This document shows, piece after piece, positions 62,845 to 64,000 of a DNA stretch of 64,000 bases; position 1 is the first letter of the stretch; each line of letters opens with the position of its first letter. The notes under the pieces were generated by a model. The model ran no database searches. It was not told the origin of the DNA and was given only the letters and a program-made list of their open reading frames with translations. The DNA is from Chlorokybus atmophyticus (taxonomy: Eukaryota > Plantae > Mesostigma and Chlorokybus algae): contig RHPI01002402.1 of the NCBI GenBank assembly GCA_009103225.1, positions 901,412-965,411 on the forward strand, given 5' to 3'. Both the position numbers and the translations under genes were made by a program.

Positions 62845-64000
62845 ATGGTAGCGGCGGCGGTGGCGGTGGTGGGCGTGGCTGCCGGTGGGGCCACCTCGGC
62901 CTTGTGTCCAGCAGGGGTCTTGTCTAGTAGTGCAGTTGCAAGCACTCTCCGAGGGTCAAAGGAGCCCGCAGCAAGCAGGCCCGCAAGGCTGTCAACCTGC
63001 TGGAAGCAAGGTCAGGAATGAGCTTATGCTAGCCTAGAAGCAAACGCATGCATGCACGCTTGCTTACAACTTGGGTTTGACAACGCTGCTGGTTGATGTG
63101 AAGGCCAGGATTGAGCTCATGCTAGCTCAAGCACACACGCATGCATGCACAGATGCTTAGGTCTTTGGCTTGAGAACCTGCTCGGTTGACCCGAAGGTCA
63201 GCACAGCCGTGATTGCAATAAATGTGGACAGGCTTGGGGTTGCCGTCGTTGAGGATGTTGGCGCAGCCGGAGGTGGTGGGTGCGCCAATGTCGGCACAGG
63301 CACAGGCGCAGCCGACGCCTGCTTCCACCACGTCACCGTCGTCGTCGTCGTCGCCGTCCGTGGTGATCTACACAACTCAGGCGTGCAACTTCTGCAAGAA
63401 GTCCAAGGCGCTGCTGAAGGAAAAGGGCATTGAGTATCAAGAGGTGGACGTGGTGTCTGATCGCACCTTGCTAGAACGCCTGCAGAAGTAAGTGCCACTT
63501 TGGTTGCATTTGGCGTTTCGTGTGTGTGTATGTGCATATGCATGTGCACGCATCTTGTAGGCAGGCTGTGGTTTCATCTTTTGTAACGCTAGCACATGCT
63601 GTTGAATAGGTCAACTGGCATCATGCTTGCCGTATTTAAGCATGCGATTGTTACATGGCGCATCAGGAAATGTTCCATCAGAGGCGTGGCTAGCATGCCA
63701 TGTCATACTGCAGCTTGTCTTGTGCGGACTGTTGTTTAGCGCTTGATGCACGTATTCTCTCAATTAGGGTAACAGGCCGCAAAACAGTCCCACAGATTTA
63801 CATACAAGGCAAGCATCTTGGTGGTTGGGACGATTTGTCAAAGGCTGTTGAGGAGAACAGATTACAGGACTTGTTGCAAGCGCAACCAAGTCACTTACCC
63901 GCCGAGCTTACTGCACCTACTAAACCACCCACTCCAAGTGGAAGCAGCGACAGTCGAGCCAAAGCACAAAACGAGTTTGAGACGTTCCAGTACTTGGAGG
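62845..64000 (+). CDS. Dithiol glutaredoxin-domain protein (CNFC), probably multidomain, 3'-partial
   Basis: [31 protein letters not shown]...LQK|[23 protein letters not shown] (intron 63488-63767). The frame stays open to the window end. A putative transit-peptide exon 62845-63010 splices in frame to 63232; the start is uncertain. Confidence 0.8.

Overview
Gene-dense, intron-rich eukaryotic nuclear DNA (about 50-55% GC by eye, short GT-AG introns) from a green alga. An early-diverging streptophyte is inferred from the nuclear PsbY polyprotein, plant-type HSBP/VPS54/HAD sequences and an apparent U12 intron. Recognisable genes in order: VMP1 (-), TAF2 (+), Whirly (-), tubulin-folding cofactor B (-), three-unit PsbY polyprotein (+), VPS54 (-), EFL1/RIA1 (+), HSBP (-), an ECO1/CTF7-like gene with only the PIP-like and zinc-finger half (+), an S28 prolylcarboxypeptidase with a C-terminal membrane anchor (+), a plastid HAD-family protein (-), BUD31 (-), NOC4 (-) and a glutaredoxin-domain gene running off the right edge (+). 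Accessory stretches hold an FG-repeat-like relic interrupted by a 227-bp exact copy of TBCB exon 1, an orphan gene with two C-x2-C-x9-C-x5-H motifs split by introns at the same position, a decayed multi-exon orphan beside a 5x53-bp palindromic array, a GT8-like relic with an 83-nt near-perfect hairpin, and several short perfect hairpins. There are five N gaps; the four multi-base ones lie beside G/C homopolymers or GA repeats. No rRNA, tRNA, CRISPR array or intact transposase was recognised. Gene models were spliced by eye and family calls come from remembered motifs, not database searches.
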